From Eledone cirrhosa (lineage: Eukaryota), in NCBI GenBank assembly GCA_964016885.1, contig OZ024740.1:387810001-387874000 (forward strand): 64,000 bases of DNA, read 5' to 3'. Below are positions 9,001 through 24,000 of this stretch, one piece after another (the stretch's first letter is position 1; each line of letters starts with the position of its first letter). Below the pieces are notes generated by a model. That model saw only the letters and a program-made list of their open reading frames with translations, was not told where the DNA came from and searched no databases. A program made the translations under genes and the position numbers.

Positions 9001-12000
9001 CTTACTATATACATCTCACTGTACATTACCTAAGTGTTTAAGGTCTTTCTACATATATATCTCACTGTACATTACCTAAGTGTTTAAGGTCTTTCTACAT
9101 ATATATCTCACTGTATATTACCTAAGTGTTTAAGGTCTTACTATATATATCTCACTGTACATTGCCTAAGTGTTTAAGGTCTTACTATATATATCTCACT
9201 GTACATTACCGAAGTGTTTAAGGTCTTACTATATATATCTCACTGTACATTACCTAAGTGTTTAAGGTCTTACTATATATATCTCACTGTACATTACCTA
9301 AGTGTTTAAGGTCTACTATATATATCTCACTGTACATTACCTAAGTGTTTAAGGTCTACTATATATATCTCAGTGTACATTACCTAAGTGTTTAAGGTCT
9401 TACTATATATATCTCACTGTACATTACCTAAGTGTTTAAGGTCTTACTATATATATCTCACTGTACATTACCTAAGTGTTTAAGTTCTTACTATATATAT
9501 CTCACTGTACATTACCTAAGTGTTTAAGGTCTTTCTACATATATATCTCACTGTTCATTACCTAAGTGTTTAAGGTCTTACTATATATATCTCACTGTTC
9601 ATTACCTAAGTGTTTAAGGTATTACTATATATATCTCACTGTACATTACCTAAGTGTTTAAGGTCTTACTATATATATATCACTGTACATTACCTAAGTG
9701 TTTAAGGTCTTACTATATATATCTCACTGTACATTACCTAAGTGTTTAAGGTCTTACTATATATATCTCACTGTACATTACCTAAGTGTTTAAGGTCTTA
9801 CTATATATATCTCACTGTACATTACCTAAGTGTTTAAGGTCTTACTATATATATCTCACTGTACATTACCTAAGTGTTTAAGGTCTTACTATATATATCT
9901 CACTGTACATTACCTAAGTGTTTAAGGTCTTACTATATATATCTCACTGTACATTACCTAAGTGTTTAAGGTCTTACTATATATATCTCACTGTACATTA
10001 CCTAAGTGTTTAATGTCTTATTATGTATATATCTCACTGTACATTACCTAAGTGTTTAAGGTCTTACTATATATATCTCACTGTACATTACCTAAGTGTT
10101 TAAGGTCTTACTATACATATCTCACTGTACATTACCAAAGTGTTTAAGGTCTTACTATATATATCTCACTGTACATTACCTAAGTGTTTAAGGTCTTACT
10201 GTATATATCTCACTGTACATTACCTAAGTGTTTCAGGTCTTACTATATATATCTCAGTGTACATTACCTAAGTGTTTAAGGTCTTACTATATATATCTCA
10301 CTGTACATTACCTAAGTGTTTAAGGTCTTACTATATATATCTCACTGTACATTACCTAAGTGTTTAAGGTCTTACTATATATATCTCACTGTACATTACC
10401 TAAGTGTTTAAGGTCTTACTATATATATCACTCTGTACATTACCTAAGTGTTTAAGGTCTTACTATATATATCTGACTGTACATTACCTAAGTGTTTATG
10501 GTCTTACTATATATATCTCACACTGTACATTACCTAAGTGTTTAATGTCTTACTATATATATCTCACTGTACATTACCTAAGTGTTTAAGGTGTTACTAT
10601 ATATATCTCACTGTACATTACCTAAGTGTTTAAGGTCTTACTATATATATCTCACTGTACATTAGCTAAGTGTTTAATGTCTAACTATATATATCTCACT
10701 GTTCATTACCTAAGTGTTTAAGGTCTTACTATATATATCTCACTGTACATTACCTAAGTGTTTAAGGTCTTTCTACATATATATCTCACTGTAGATTACC
10801 TAAGTGTTTAAGGTCTTACTATATATATCTCACTGTATATTACCTAAGTGTTTAAGGTCTTACTATATATATCTCACTGTACATTACCTAAGTGTTTAAG
10901 GTCTTTCTACATATATATCTCACTGAACATTACCTAAGTGTTTAAGGTCTTACTATATATATCTGACTGTACATTACCTAAGTGTTTAAGGTCTTACTAT
11001 ATATATCTCACTGTACATTACCTAAGTGTTTAAGGTCTTACTATATATATCTCACTGTACATTACCTAAGTGTTTAAGGTCTTACTATATATATCACTCT
11101 GTACATTACCTAAGTGTTTAAGGTCTTACTATATATATCTGACTGTACATTACCTAAGTGTTTAAGGTCTTACTATATGTATCTCACTGTACATTACCTA
11201 AGTGTTTAAGGACTTACTATATATATATCACTCTGTACATTACCTAATTGTTTAAGGTCTTACTATATATATCTCACTGTACATTACCTAAGTGTTTAAG
11301 GTCTTACTATATATATCTCACTGTACATTACCTAAGTGTTTAAGGTCTTACTATGTGTATCTCACTGTACATTAGCAAAGTGTTTAATGTCTTACTATAT
11401 ATATCTCACTGTACATTACCTAAGGGTTTAAGGTCTTACTATATATATCTCACTGTACATTACCTAAGTGTTTAAGGTCTTACTATATATATCTCACTGT
11501 ACATTACCTAAGTGTTTAATGTCATACTATATATATCTCACTGTACATTACCTAAGTGTTTCAGGTCTTACTATATATATTTCACTGTACATTACATAAG
11601 TGTTTAAGGTCTTACTATATATATCTCACTGTACATTACCTAAGTGTTTAAGGTCTACTATATATATCTTACTGTACATTACCTAAGTGTTTAAGGTCTT
11701 ACTATATATATCTCACTGTATATTACCTAAGTGTTTAAGGTCTTACTATATATATCTCACTGTACATTACCTAAGTGTTTAAGGTCTTTCTACATATATA
11801 TCTCACTGTACATTACCTAAGTGTTTAAGGTCTTACTATATATATCTCACTGTACATTACCTAAGTGTTTAAGGTCTTACTATATATATCTCACTGTACA
11901 TTACCTAAGTGTTTAAGGTCTTACTATATATATCTCACTGTACATTACCTAAGTGTTTAAGGTCTTACTATATATATCTCACTGTACATTACCTAAGTGT

Positions 12001-15000
12001 TTAAGGTCTTACTATATATATCTCACTGTACATTACCTAAGTGTTTAAGGTCTACTATATATATCTTACTGTACATTACCTAAGTGTTTAAGGTCTTACT
12101 ATATATATCTCACACTGTACATTACCTAAGTGTTTAAGGTCTTACTATATATATCTCACTGTACATTACCTAAGTGTTTAAGGTCTTACTATATATATCT
12201 CACTGTACATTACCTAAGTGTTTAAGGTCTTACTATATATATCTCACTGTACATTACCTAAGTGTTTCAGGTCTTACTATATATATCTCACTGTACATTA
12301 CCTAAGTGTTTAAGGTGTTACTATATATATCTCACTGTACATTACCTAGGTGTTTAAGGTCTTACTATATATATCTCACTGTACATTAGCTAAGTGTTTA
12401 ATGTCTTACTATATATATCTCACTGTCCATTACCTAAGTGTTTAAGGTCTTACTATATATATCTCACTGTACATTACCTAAGTGTTTAAGGTCTACTATA
12501 TATATCTCACTGTACATTACCTAAGTATTTAAGGTCTTACTATATATATCTCACTGTACATTACCTAAGTGTTTAAGGTCTTACTATATATATCTCACTG
12601 TACATTGCCTAAGTGTTTAAGGTCTTACTATATATGTCTCACTGTACATTACCTAAGTGTTTCAGGTCTTACTATATATATATCTCACTGTACATTACCT
12701 AAGTGTTTAAGGTCTTACTATATATATCTCACTGTACATATCCTAAGTGTTTAAGGTCTTACTATATATATCTCACTGTACATTACCTAAGTGTTTAAGG
12801 TCTTACTATATATATCTCACTGTACATTACCTAAGTGTTTAAGGTCTTACTATATATATCTCACTGTACATTACCTAAGTGTTTAAGGTCTTACTATATA
12901 TATCTCACTGTACATTACCTAAGTGTTTAAGGTCTTACTATATATATCTCACTGTACATTAGCTAAGTGTTTAATGTCTTACTATATATATCTCACTGTT
13001 CATTACCTAAGTGTTTAAGGTCTTACTATATATATCTCACTGTACATTACCTAAGTGTTTAAGGTCTACTATATATATCTCACTGTACATTACCTAAGTG
13101 TTTAAGGTCTTACTATATATATCTCACTGTACATTACCTAAGTGTTTAAGGTCTTACTATATATATCTCACTGTACATTGCCTAAGTGTTTAAGGTCTTA
13201 CTATATATGTCTCACTGTACATTACCTAAGTGTTTCAGGTCTTACTATATATATATCTCACTGTACATTACCTAAGTGTTTAAGGTCTTACTGTATATAT
13301 CTCACTGTACATTGCCTAAGTGTTTAAGGTCTACTATATATATCTCACTGTACATTACCTAAGTGTTTAAGTTCTTACTATATATATCTCACTGTACATT
13401 AGCTAAGTGTTTAATGTCTTACTATATATATCTCACTGTACATTACCTAAGTGTTTAAGGTCTTTCTACATATATATCTCACTGTACATTACCTAAGTGT
13501 TTAAGGTCTTTCTACATATATATCTCACTGTACATTACCTAAGTGTTTAAGGTCTTTCTACATATATATCTCACTGTACATTACCTAAGTGTTTAAGGTC
13601 TTACTATATATATCTCACTGTACATTACCTAAGTGTTTAAGGTCTTACTATATATATCTCACTGTACATTACCTAAGTGTTTAAGGTCTTACTATATATA
13701 TCTCACTGTACATTACGTAAGTGTTTAAGGTCTTACTATATATATCTCACTGTACATTACCTAAGTGTTTAAGGTCTTACTATATATATCTCACTGTACA
13801 TTACCTAAGTGTTTAAGGTCTTACTATATATATCTCACTGTACATTACCTAAGTGTTTAAGGTCTTACTATATATATCACTCTGTACATTACCTAAGTGT
13901 TTAAGGTCTTACTATATATATCTGACTGTACATTACTTAAGTGTTTAAGGTCTTACTATATATATCTCACTGTACATTACGTAAGTGTTTAAGGTCTTAC
14001 TATATATATCTCACTGTACATTACCTAAGTGTTTAAGGTCTTACTATATATATCTCACTGTACATTACCTAAGTGTTTAAGGTCTTACTATATATATCTC
14101 ACTGTACATTACCTAAGTGTTTAAGGTCTTACTATATATATCTCACTGTACATTACCTAAGTGTTTAAGGTCTACTATATATATCTCACTGTACATTACC
14201 TAAGTGTTTAAGGTCTACTATATATATCTCACTGTACATTACCTAAGTGTTTAAGGTCTTACTATATATATCTCACTGTACATTACCTAAGTGTTTAAGG
14301 TCTTACTATATATATCTCACTGTACATTACCTAAGTGTTTAAGGTCTTACTATATATATCTCACTGTACATTACCTAAGTGTTTAAGGTCTTTCTACATA
14401 TATATCTCACTGTTCATTACCTAAGTGTTTAAGGTCTTACTATATATATCTCACTGTTCATTACCTAAGTGTTTAAGGTATTACTATATATATCTCACTG
14501 TACATTACCTAAGTGTTTAAGGTCTTACTATATATATATCACTGTACATTACCTAAGTGTTTAAGGTCTTACTATATATATCTCACTGTACATTACCTAA
14601 GTGTTTAAGGTCTTACTATATATATCTCACTGTACATTACCTAAGTGTTTTAGGTCTTACTATATATATCTCACTGTACATTACCTAAGTGTTTAAGGTC
14701 TTACTATATATATCTCACTGTACATTACCTAAGTGTTTAAGGTCTTACTATATATATCTCACTGTACATTACCTAAGTGTTTAAGGTCTTACTATATATA
14801 TCTCACTGTACATTACCTAAGTGTTTAAGGTCTTACTATATATATCTCACTGTACATTACCTAAGTGTTTAGTGTCTTACTATGTATATATCTCACTGTA
14901 CATTACCTAAGTGTTTAAGGTCTTACTATATATATCTCACTGTACATTACCTAAGTGTTTAAGGTCTTACTATATATATCTCACTGTACATTACCTAAGT

Positions 15001-18000
15001 GTTTAAGGTCTTACGATATATATCTCACTGTACATTACCTAAGTGTTTAAGGTCTTACTGTATATATCTCACTGTACATTACCTAAGTGTTTCAGGTCTT
15101 ACTATATATATCTCAGTGTACATTACCTAAGTGTTTAAGGTCTTACTATATATATCTCACTGTACATTACCTAAGTGTTTAAGGTCTTACTATATATATC
15201 TCACTGTACATTACCTAAGTGTTTAAGGTCTTACTATATATATCTCACTGTACATTACCTAAGTGTTTAAGGTCTTACTATATATATCACTCTGTACATT
15301 ACCTAAGTGTTTAAGGTCTTACTATATATATCTGACTGTACATTACCTAAGTGTTTAAGGTCTTACTATATATATCTCACACTGTACATTACCTAAGTGT
15401 TTAATGTCTTACTATATATATCTCACTGTACATTACCTAAGTGTTTAAGGTGTTACTATATATATCTCACTGTACATTACCTAAGTGTTTAAGGTCTTAC
15501 TATATATATCTCACTGTACATTACCTAAGTGTTTAATGTCTAACTATATATATCTCACTGTTCATTACCTAAGTGTTTAAGGTCTTACTATATATATCTC
15601 ACTGTACATTACCTAAGTGTTTAAGGTCTTACTATATATATCTCACTGTACATTACCTAAGTGTTTAATGACTTACTATATATATATCACTGTACATTAC
15701 CTAAGTGTTTAAGGTCTCACTATATATATCTCACTGTACATTACCTAAGTGTTTAAGGTCTTACTATATATATCTCACTGTACATTACCTAAGTGTTTAA
15801 GGTCTTTCTACATATATATCTCACTGTACATTACCTAAGTGTTTAAGGTCTTTCTACATATATATCTCACTGTACATTACCTAAGTGTTTAAGGTCTTTC
15901 TACATATATATCTCACTGTACATTACCTAAGTGTTTAAGGTCTTTCTACATATATATCTCACTGTACATTACCTAAGTGTTTAAGGTCTTTCTACATATA
16001 TATCTCACTGTACATTACCTAAGTGTTTAAGGTCTTTCTACATATATATCTCACTGTACATTACCTAAGTGTTTAAGGTCTTACTATATATATCTCACTG
16101 TACATTACCTAAGTGTTTAAGGTCTTACTATATATATCTCACTGTACATTACCTAAGTGTTTAAGGTCTTACTATATATATCTCACTGTACATTACGTAA
16201 GTGTTTAAGGTCTTACTATATATATCTCACTGTACATTACCTAAGTGTTTAAGGTCTTACTATATATATCTCACTGTACATTACCTAAGTGTTTAAGGTC
16301 TTACTATATATATCTCACTGTACATTACCTAAGTGTTTAAGGTCTTACTATATATATCACTCTGTACATTACCTAAGTGTTTAAGGTCTTACTATATATA
16401 TCTGACTGTACATTACTTAAGTGTTTAAGGTCTTACTATATATATCTCACTGTACATTACGTAAGTGTTTAAGGTCTTACTATATATATCTCACTGTACA
16501 TTACCTAAGTGTTTAAGGTCTTACTATATATATCTCACTGTACATTACCTAAGTGTTTAAGGTCTTACTATATATATCTCACTGTACATTACCTAAGTGT
16601 TTAAGGTCTTACTATATATATCTCACTGTACATTACCTAAGTGTTTAAGGTCTACTATATATATCTCACTGTACATTACCTAAGTGTTTAAGGTCTACTA
16701 TATATATCTCACTGTACATTACCTAAGTGTTTAAGGTCTTACTATATATATCTCACTGTACATTACCTAAGTGTTTAAGGTCTTACTATATATATCTCAC
16801 TGTACATTACCTAAGTGTTTAAGGTCTTACTATATATATCTCACTGTACATTACCTAAGTGTTTAAGGTCTTTCTACATATATATCTCACTGTTCATTAC
16901 CTAAGTGTTTAAGGTCTTACTATATATATCTCACTGTTCATTACCTAAGTGTTTAAGGTATTACTATATATATCTCACTGTACATTACCTAAGTGTTTAA
17001 GGTCTTACTATATATATATCACTGTACATTACCTAAGTGTTTAAGGTCTTACTATATATATCTCACTGTACATTACCTAAGTGTTTAAGGTCTTACTATA
17101 TATATCTCACTGTACATTACCTAAGTGTTTTAGGTCTTACTATATATATCTCACTGTACATTACCTAAGTGTTTAAGGTCTTACTATATATATCTCACTG
17201 TACATTACCTAAGTGTTTAAGGTCTTACTATATATATCTCACTGTACATTACCTAAGTGTTTAAGGTCTTACTATATATATCTCACTGTACATTACCTAA
17301 GTGTTTAAGGTCTTACTATATATATCTCACTGTACATTACCTAAGTGTTTAGTGTCTTACTATGTATATATCTCACTGTACATTACCTAAGTGTTTAAGG
17401 TCTTACTATATATATCTCACTGTACATTACCTAAGTGTTTAAGGTCTTACTATATATATCTCACTGTACATTACCTAAGTGTTTAAGGTCTTACTATATA
17501 TATCTCACTGTACATTACCTAAGTGTTTAAGGTCTTACTGTATATATCTCACTGTACATTACCTAAGTGTTTCAGGTCTTACTATATATATCTCAGTGTA
17601 CATTACCTAAGTGTTTAAGGTCTTACTATATATATCTCACTGTACATTACCTAAGTGTTTAAGGTCTTACTATATATATCTCACTGTACATTACCTAAGT
17701 GTTTAAGGTCTTACTATATATATCTCACTGTACATTACCTAAGTGTTTAAGGTCTTACTATATATATCACTCTGTACATTACCTAAGTGTTTAAGGTCTT
17801 ACTATATATATCTGACTGTACATTACCTAAGTGTTTAAGGTCTTACTATATATATCTCACACTGTACATTACCTAAGTGTTTAATGTCTTACTATATATA
17901 TCTCACTGTACATTACCTAAGTGTTTAAGGTGTTACTATATATATCTCACTGTACATTACCTAAGTGTTTAAGGTCTTACTATATATATCTCACTGTACA

Positions 18001-21000
18001 TTACCTAAGTGTTTAATGTCTAACTATATATATCTCACTGTTCATTACCTAAGTGTTTAAGGTCTTACTATATATATCTCACTGTACATTACCTAAGTGT
18101 TTAAGGTCTTACTATATATATCTCACTGTACATTACCTAAGTGTTTAATGACTTACTATATATATATCACTGTACATTACCTAAGTGTTTAAGGTCTTAC
18201 TATATATATCTCACTGTACATTACCTAAGTGTTTAAGGTCTTACTATATATATCTCACTGTACATTACCTAAGTGTTTTAGGTCTTACTATATATATCTC
18301 ACTGTACATTACCTAAGTGTTTAAGGTCTTACTATATATATCTCACTGTACATTACCTAAGTGTTTAAGGTCTTACTATATATATCTCACTGTACATTAC
18401 CTAAGTGTTTAAGGTCTTACTATATATATCTCACTGTACATTACCTAAGTGTTTAAGGTCTTACTATATATATCTCACTGTACATTACCTAAGTGTTTAG
18501 TGTCTTACTATGTATATATCTCACTGTACATTACCTAAGTGTTTAAGGTCTTACTATATATATCTCACTGTACATTACCTAAGTGTTTAAGGTCTTACTA
18601 TATATATCTCACTGTACATTACCTAAGTGTTTAAGGTCTTACTATATATATCTCACTGTACATTACCTAAGTGTTTAAGGTCTTACTGTATATATCTCAC
18701 TGTACATTACCTAAGTGTTTCAGGTCTTACTATATATATCTCAGTGTACATTACCTAAGTGTTTAAGGTCTTACTATATATATCTCACTGTACATTACCT
18801 AAGTGTTTAAGGTCTTACTATATATATCTCACTGTACATTACCTAAGTGTTTAAGGTCTTACTATATATATCTCACTGTACATTACCTAAGTGTTTAAGG
18901 TCTTACTATATATATCACTCTGTACATTACCTAAGTGTTTAAGGTCTTACTATATATATCTGACTGTACATTACCTAAGTGTTTAAGGTCTTACTATATA
19001 TATCTCACACTGTACATTACCTAAGTGTTTAATGTCTTACTATATATATCTCACTGTACATTACCTAAGTGTTTAAGGTGTTACTATATATATCTCACTG
19101 TACATTACCTAAGTGTTTAAGGTCTTACTATATATATCTCACTGTACATTACCTAAGTGTTTAATGTCTAACTATATATATCTCACTGTTCATTACCTAA
19201 GTGTTTAAGGTCTTACTATATATATCTCACTGTACATTACCTAAGTGTTTAAGGTCTTACTATATATATCTCACTGTACATTACCTAAGTGTTTAATGAC
19301 TTACTATATATATATCACTGTACATTACCTAAGTGTTTAAGGTCTCACTATATATATCTCACTGTACATTACCTAAGTGTTTAAGGTCTTACTATATATA
19401 TCTCACTGTACATTACCTAAGTGTTTAAGGTCTTTCTACATATATATCTCACTGTACATTACCTAAGTGTTTAAGGTCTTTCTACATATATATCTCACTG
19501 TACATTACCTAAGTGTTTAAGGTCTTTCTACATATATATCTCACTGTACATTACCTAAGTGTTTAAGGTCTTTCTACATATATATCTCACTGTACATTAC
19601 CTAAGTGTTTAAGGTCTTTCTACATATATATCTCACTGTACATTACCTAAGTGTTTAAGGTCTTTCTACATATATATCTCACTGTACATTACCTAAGTGT
19701 TTAAGGTCTTACTATATATATCTCACTGTACATTACCTAAGTGTTTAAGGTCTTACTATATATATCTCACTGTACATTACCTAAGTGTTTAAGGTCTTAC
19801 TATATATATCTCACTGTACATTACGTAAGTGTTTAAGGTCTTACTATATATATCTCACTGTACATTACCTAAGTGTTTAAGGTCTTACTATATATATCTC
19901 ACTGTACATTACCTAAGTGTTTAAGGTCTTACTATATATATCTCACTGTACATTACGTAAGTGTTTAAGGTCTTACTATATATATCACTCTGTACATTAC
20001 CTAAGTGTTTAAGGTCTTACTATATATATCTGACTGTACATTACTTAAGTGTTTAAGGTCTTACTATATATATCTCACTGTACATTACGTAAGTGTTTAA
20101 GGTCTTACTATATATATCTCACTGTACATTACCTAAGTGTTTAAGGTCTTACTATATATATCTCACTGTACATTACCTAAGTGTTTAAGGTCTTACTATA
20201 TATATCTCACTGTACATTACCTAAGTGTTTAAGGTCTTACTATATATATCTCACTGTACATTACCTAAGTGTTTAAGGTCTACTATATATATCTCACTGT
20301 ACATTACCTAAGTGTTTAAGGTCTACTATATATATCTCACTGTACATTACCTAAGTGTTTAAGGTCTTACTATATATATCTCACTGTACATTACCTAAGT
20401 GTTTAAGGTCTTACTATATATATCTCACTGTACATTACCTAAGTGTTTAAGGTCTTACTATATATATCTCACTGTACATTACCTAAGTGTTTAAGGTCTT
20501 TCTACATATATATCTCACTGTTCATTACCTAAGTGTTTAAGGTCTTACTATATATATCTCACTGTTCATTACCTAAGTGTTTAAGGTATTACTATATATA
20601 TCTCACTGTACATTACCTAAGTGTTTAAGGTCTTACTATATATATATCACTGTACATTACCTAAGTGTTTAAGGTCTTACTATATATATCTCACTGTACA
20701 TTACCTAAGTGTTTAAGGTCTTACTATATATATCTCACTGTACATTACCTAAGTGTTTTAGGTCTTACTATATATATCTCACTGTACATTACCTAAGTGT
20801 TTAAGGTCTTACTATATATATCTCACTGTACATTACCTAAGTGTTTAAGGTCTTACTATATATATCTCACTGTACATTACCTAAGTGTTTAAGGTCTTAC
20901 TATATATATCTCACTGTACATTACCTAAGTGTTTAAGGTCTTACTATATATATCTCACTGTACATTACCTAAGTGTTTAGTGTCTTACTATGTATATATC

Positions 21001-24000
21001 TCACTGTACATTACCTAAGTGTTTAAGGTCTTACTATATATATCTCACTGTACATTACCTAAGTGTTTAAGGTCTTACTATATATATCTCACTGTACATT
21101 ACCTAAGTGTTTAAGGTCTTACTATATATATCTCACTGTACATTACCTAAGTGTTTAAGGTCTTACTGTATATATCTCACTGTACATTACCTAAGTGTTT
21201 CAGGTCTTACTATATATATCTCAGTGTACATTACCTAAGTGTTTAAGGTCTTACTATATATATCTCACTGTACATTACCTAAGTGTTTAAGGTCTTACTA
21301 TATATATCTCACTGTACATTACCTAAGTGTTTAAGGTCTTACTATATATATCTCACTGTACATTACCTAAGTGTTTAAGGTCTTACTATATATATCACTC
21401 TGTACATTACCTAAGTGTTTAAGGTCTTACTATATATATCTGACTGTACATTACCTAAGTGTTTAAGGTCTTACTATATATATCTCACACTGTACATTAC
21501 CTAAGTGTTTAATGTCTTACTATATATATCTCACTGTACATTACCTAAGTGTTTAAGTTGTTACTATATATATCTCACTGTACATTACCTAAGTGTTTAA
21601 GGTCTTACTATATATATCTCACTGTACATTACCTAAGTGTTTAATGTCTAACTATATATATCTCACTGTTCATTACCTAAGTGTTTAAGGTCTTACTATA
21701 TATATCTCACTGTACATTACCTAAGTGTTTAAGGTCTTACTATATATATCTCACTGTACATTACCTAAGTGTTTAATGACTTACTATATATATATCACTG
21801 TACATTACCTAAGTGTTTAAGGTCTCACTATATATATCTCACTGTACATTACCTAAGTGTTTAAGGTCTTACTATATATATCTCACTGTACATTACCTAA
21901 GTGTTTAAGGTCTTTCTACATATATATCTCACTGTACATTACCTAAGTGTTTAAGGTCTTTCTACATATATATCTCACTGTACATTACCTAAGTGTTTAA
22001 GGTCTTTCTACATATATATCTCACTGTACATTACCTAAGTGTTTAAGGTCTTTCTACATATATATCTCACTGTACATTACCTAAGTGTTTAAGGTCTTAC
22101 TATATATATCTCACTGTACATTACCTAAGTGTTTAAGGTCTTACTATATATATCTCACTGTACATTACCTAAGTGTTTAAGGTCTTACTATATATATCTC
22201 ACTGTACATTACCTAAGTGTTTAAGGTCTTACTATATATATCTCACTGTACATTACCTAAGTGTTTAAGGTCTTACTATATATATCTCACTGTACATTAC
22301 CTAAGTGTTTAATGTCTTATTATGTATATATCTCACTGTACATTACCTAAGTGTTTAAGGTCTTACTATATATATCTCACTGTACATTACCTAAGTGTTT
22401 AAGGTCTTACTATATATATCTCACTGTACATTACCAAAGTGTTTAAGGTCTTACTATATATATCTCACTGTACATTACCTAAGTGTTTAAGGTCTTACTG
22501 TATATATCTCACTGTACATTACCTAAGTGTTTCAGGTCTTACTATATATATCTCAGTGTACATTACCTAAGTGTTTAAGGTCTTACTATATATATCTCAC
22601 TGTACATTACCTAAGTGTTTAAGGTCTTACTATATATATCTCACTGTACATTACCTAAGTGTTTAAGGTCTACTATATATATCTCACTGTACATTACCTA
22701 AGTGTTTAAGGTCTTACTATATATATCTCACTGTACATTACCTAAGTGTTTAAGGTCTTACTATATATATCTCACTGTACATTACCTAAGTGTTTAAGGT
22801 CTTACTATATATATCACTCTGTACATTACCTAAGTGTTTAAGGTCTTACTATATATATCTGACTGTACATTACCTAAGTGTTTATGGTCTTACTATATAT
22901 ATCTCACACTGTACATTACCTAAGTGTTTAATGTCTTACTATATATATCTCACTGTACATTACCTAAGTGTTTAAGGTGTTACTATATATATCTCACTGT
23001 ACATTACCTAAGTGTTTAAGGTCTTACTATATATATCTCACTGTACATTAGCTAAGTGTTTAATGTCTAACTATATATATCTCACTGTTCATTACCTAAG
23101 TGTTTAAGGTCTTACTATATATATCTCACTGTACATTACCTAAGTGTTTAAGGTCTTACTATATATATCTCACTGTACATTACCTAAGTGTTTAATGACT
23201 TACTATATATATATCACTGTACATTACCTAAGTGTTTAAGGTCTTACTATATATATCTCACTGTACATTACCTAAGTGTTTAAGGTCTTACTATATATAT
23301 CTCACTGTACATTACCTAAGTGTTTAAGGTCTTACTATATATATCTCACTGTACATTACCTAAGTGTTTAAGGTCTACTATATATATCTCACTGTACATT
23401 ACCTAAGTGTTTAAGGTCTTTCTACATATATATCTCACTGTACATTACCTAAGTGTTTAAGGTCTTACTATATATATCTCACTGTACATTACCTAAGTGT
23501 TTAAGGTCTTACTATATATATCTCACGGTACATTACCTAAGTGTTTAAGGTCTTACTATATATATCTCACTGTACATTACCTAAGTGTTTAAGGTCTTAC
23601 TATATATATCACTCTGTACATTACCTAAGTGTTTAAGGTCTTACTATATATATCTGACTGTACATTACCTAAGTGTTTAAGGTCTTACTATATATATCTC
23701 ACTGTACATTACCTAAGTGTTTAAGTTCTTACTATATATATCTCACTGTACATTACCTAAGTGTTTAAGGTCTTACTATATATATCTCACTGTACATTAC
23801 CTAAGTGTTTAAGGTCTTTCTACATATATATCTCACTGTACATTACCTAAGTGTTTAAGGTCTTACTATATATATCTCACTGTACATTACCTAAGTGTTT
23901 CAGGTCTTACTATATATATCTCACTGTACATTACCTAAGTGTTTAAGGTGTTACTATATATATCTCACTGTACATTACCTAGGTGTTTAAGGTCTTACTA

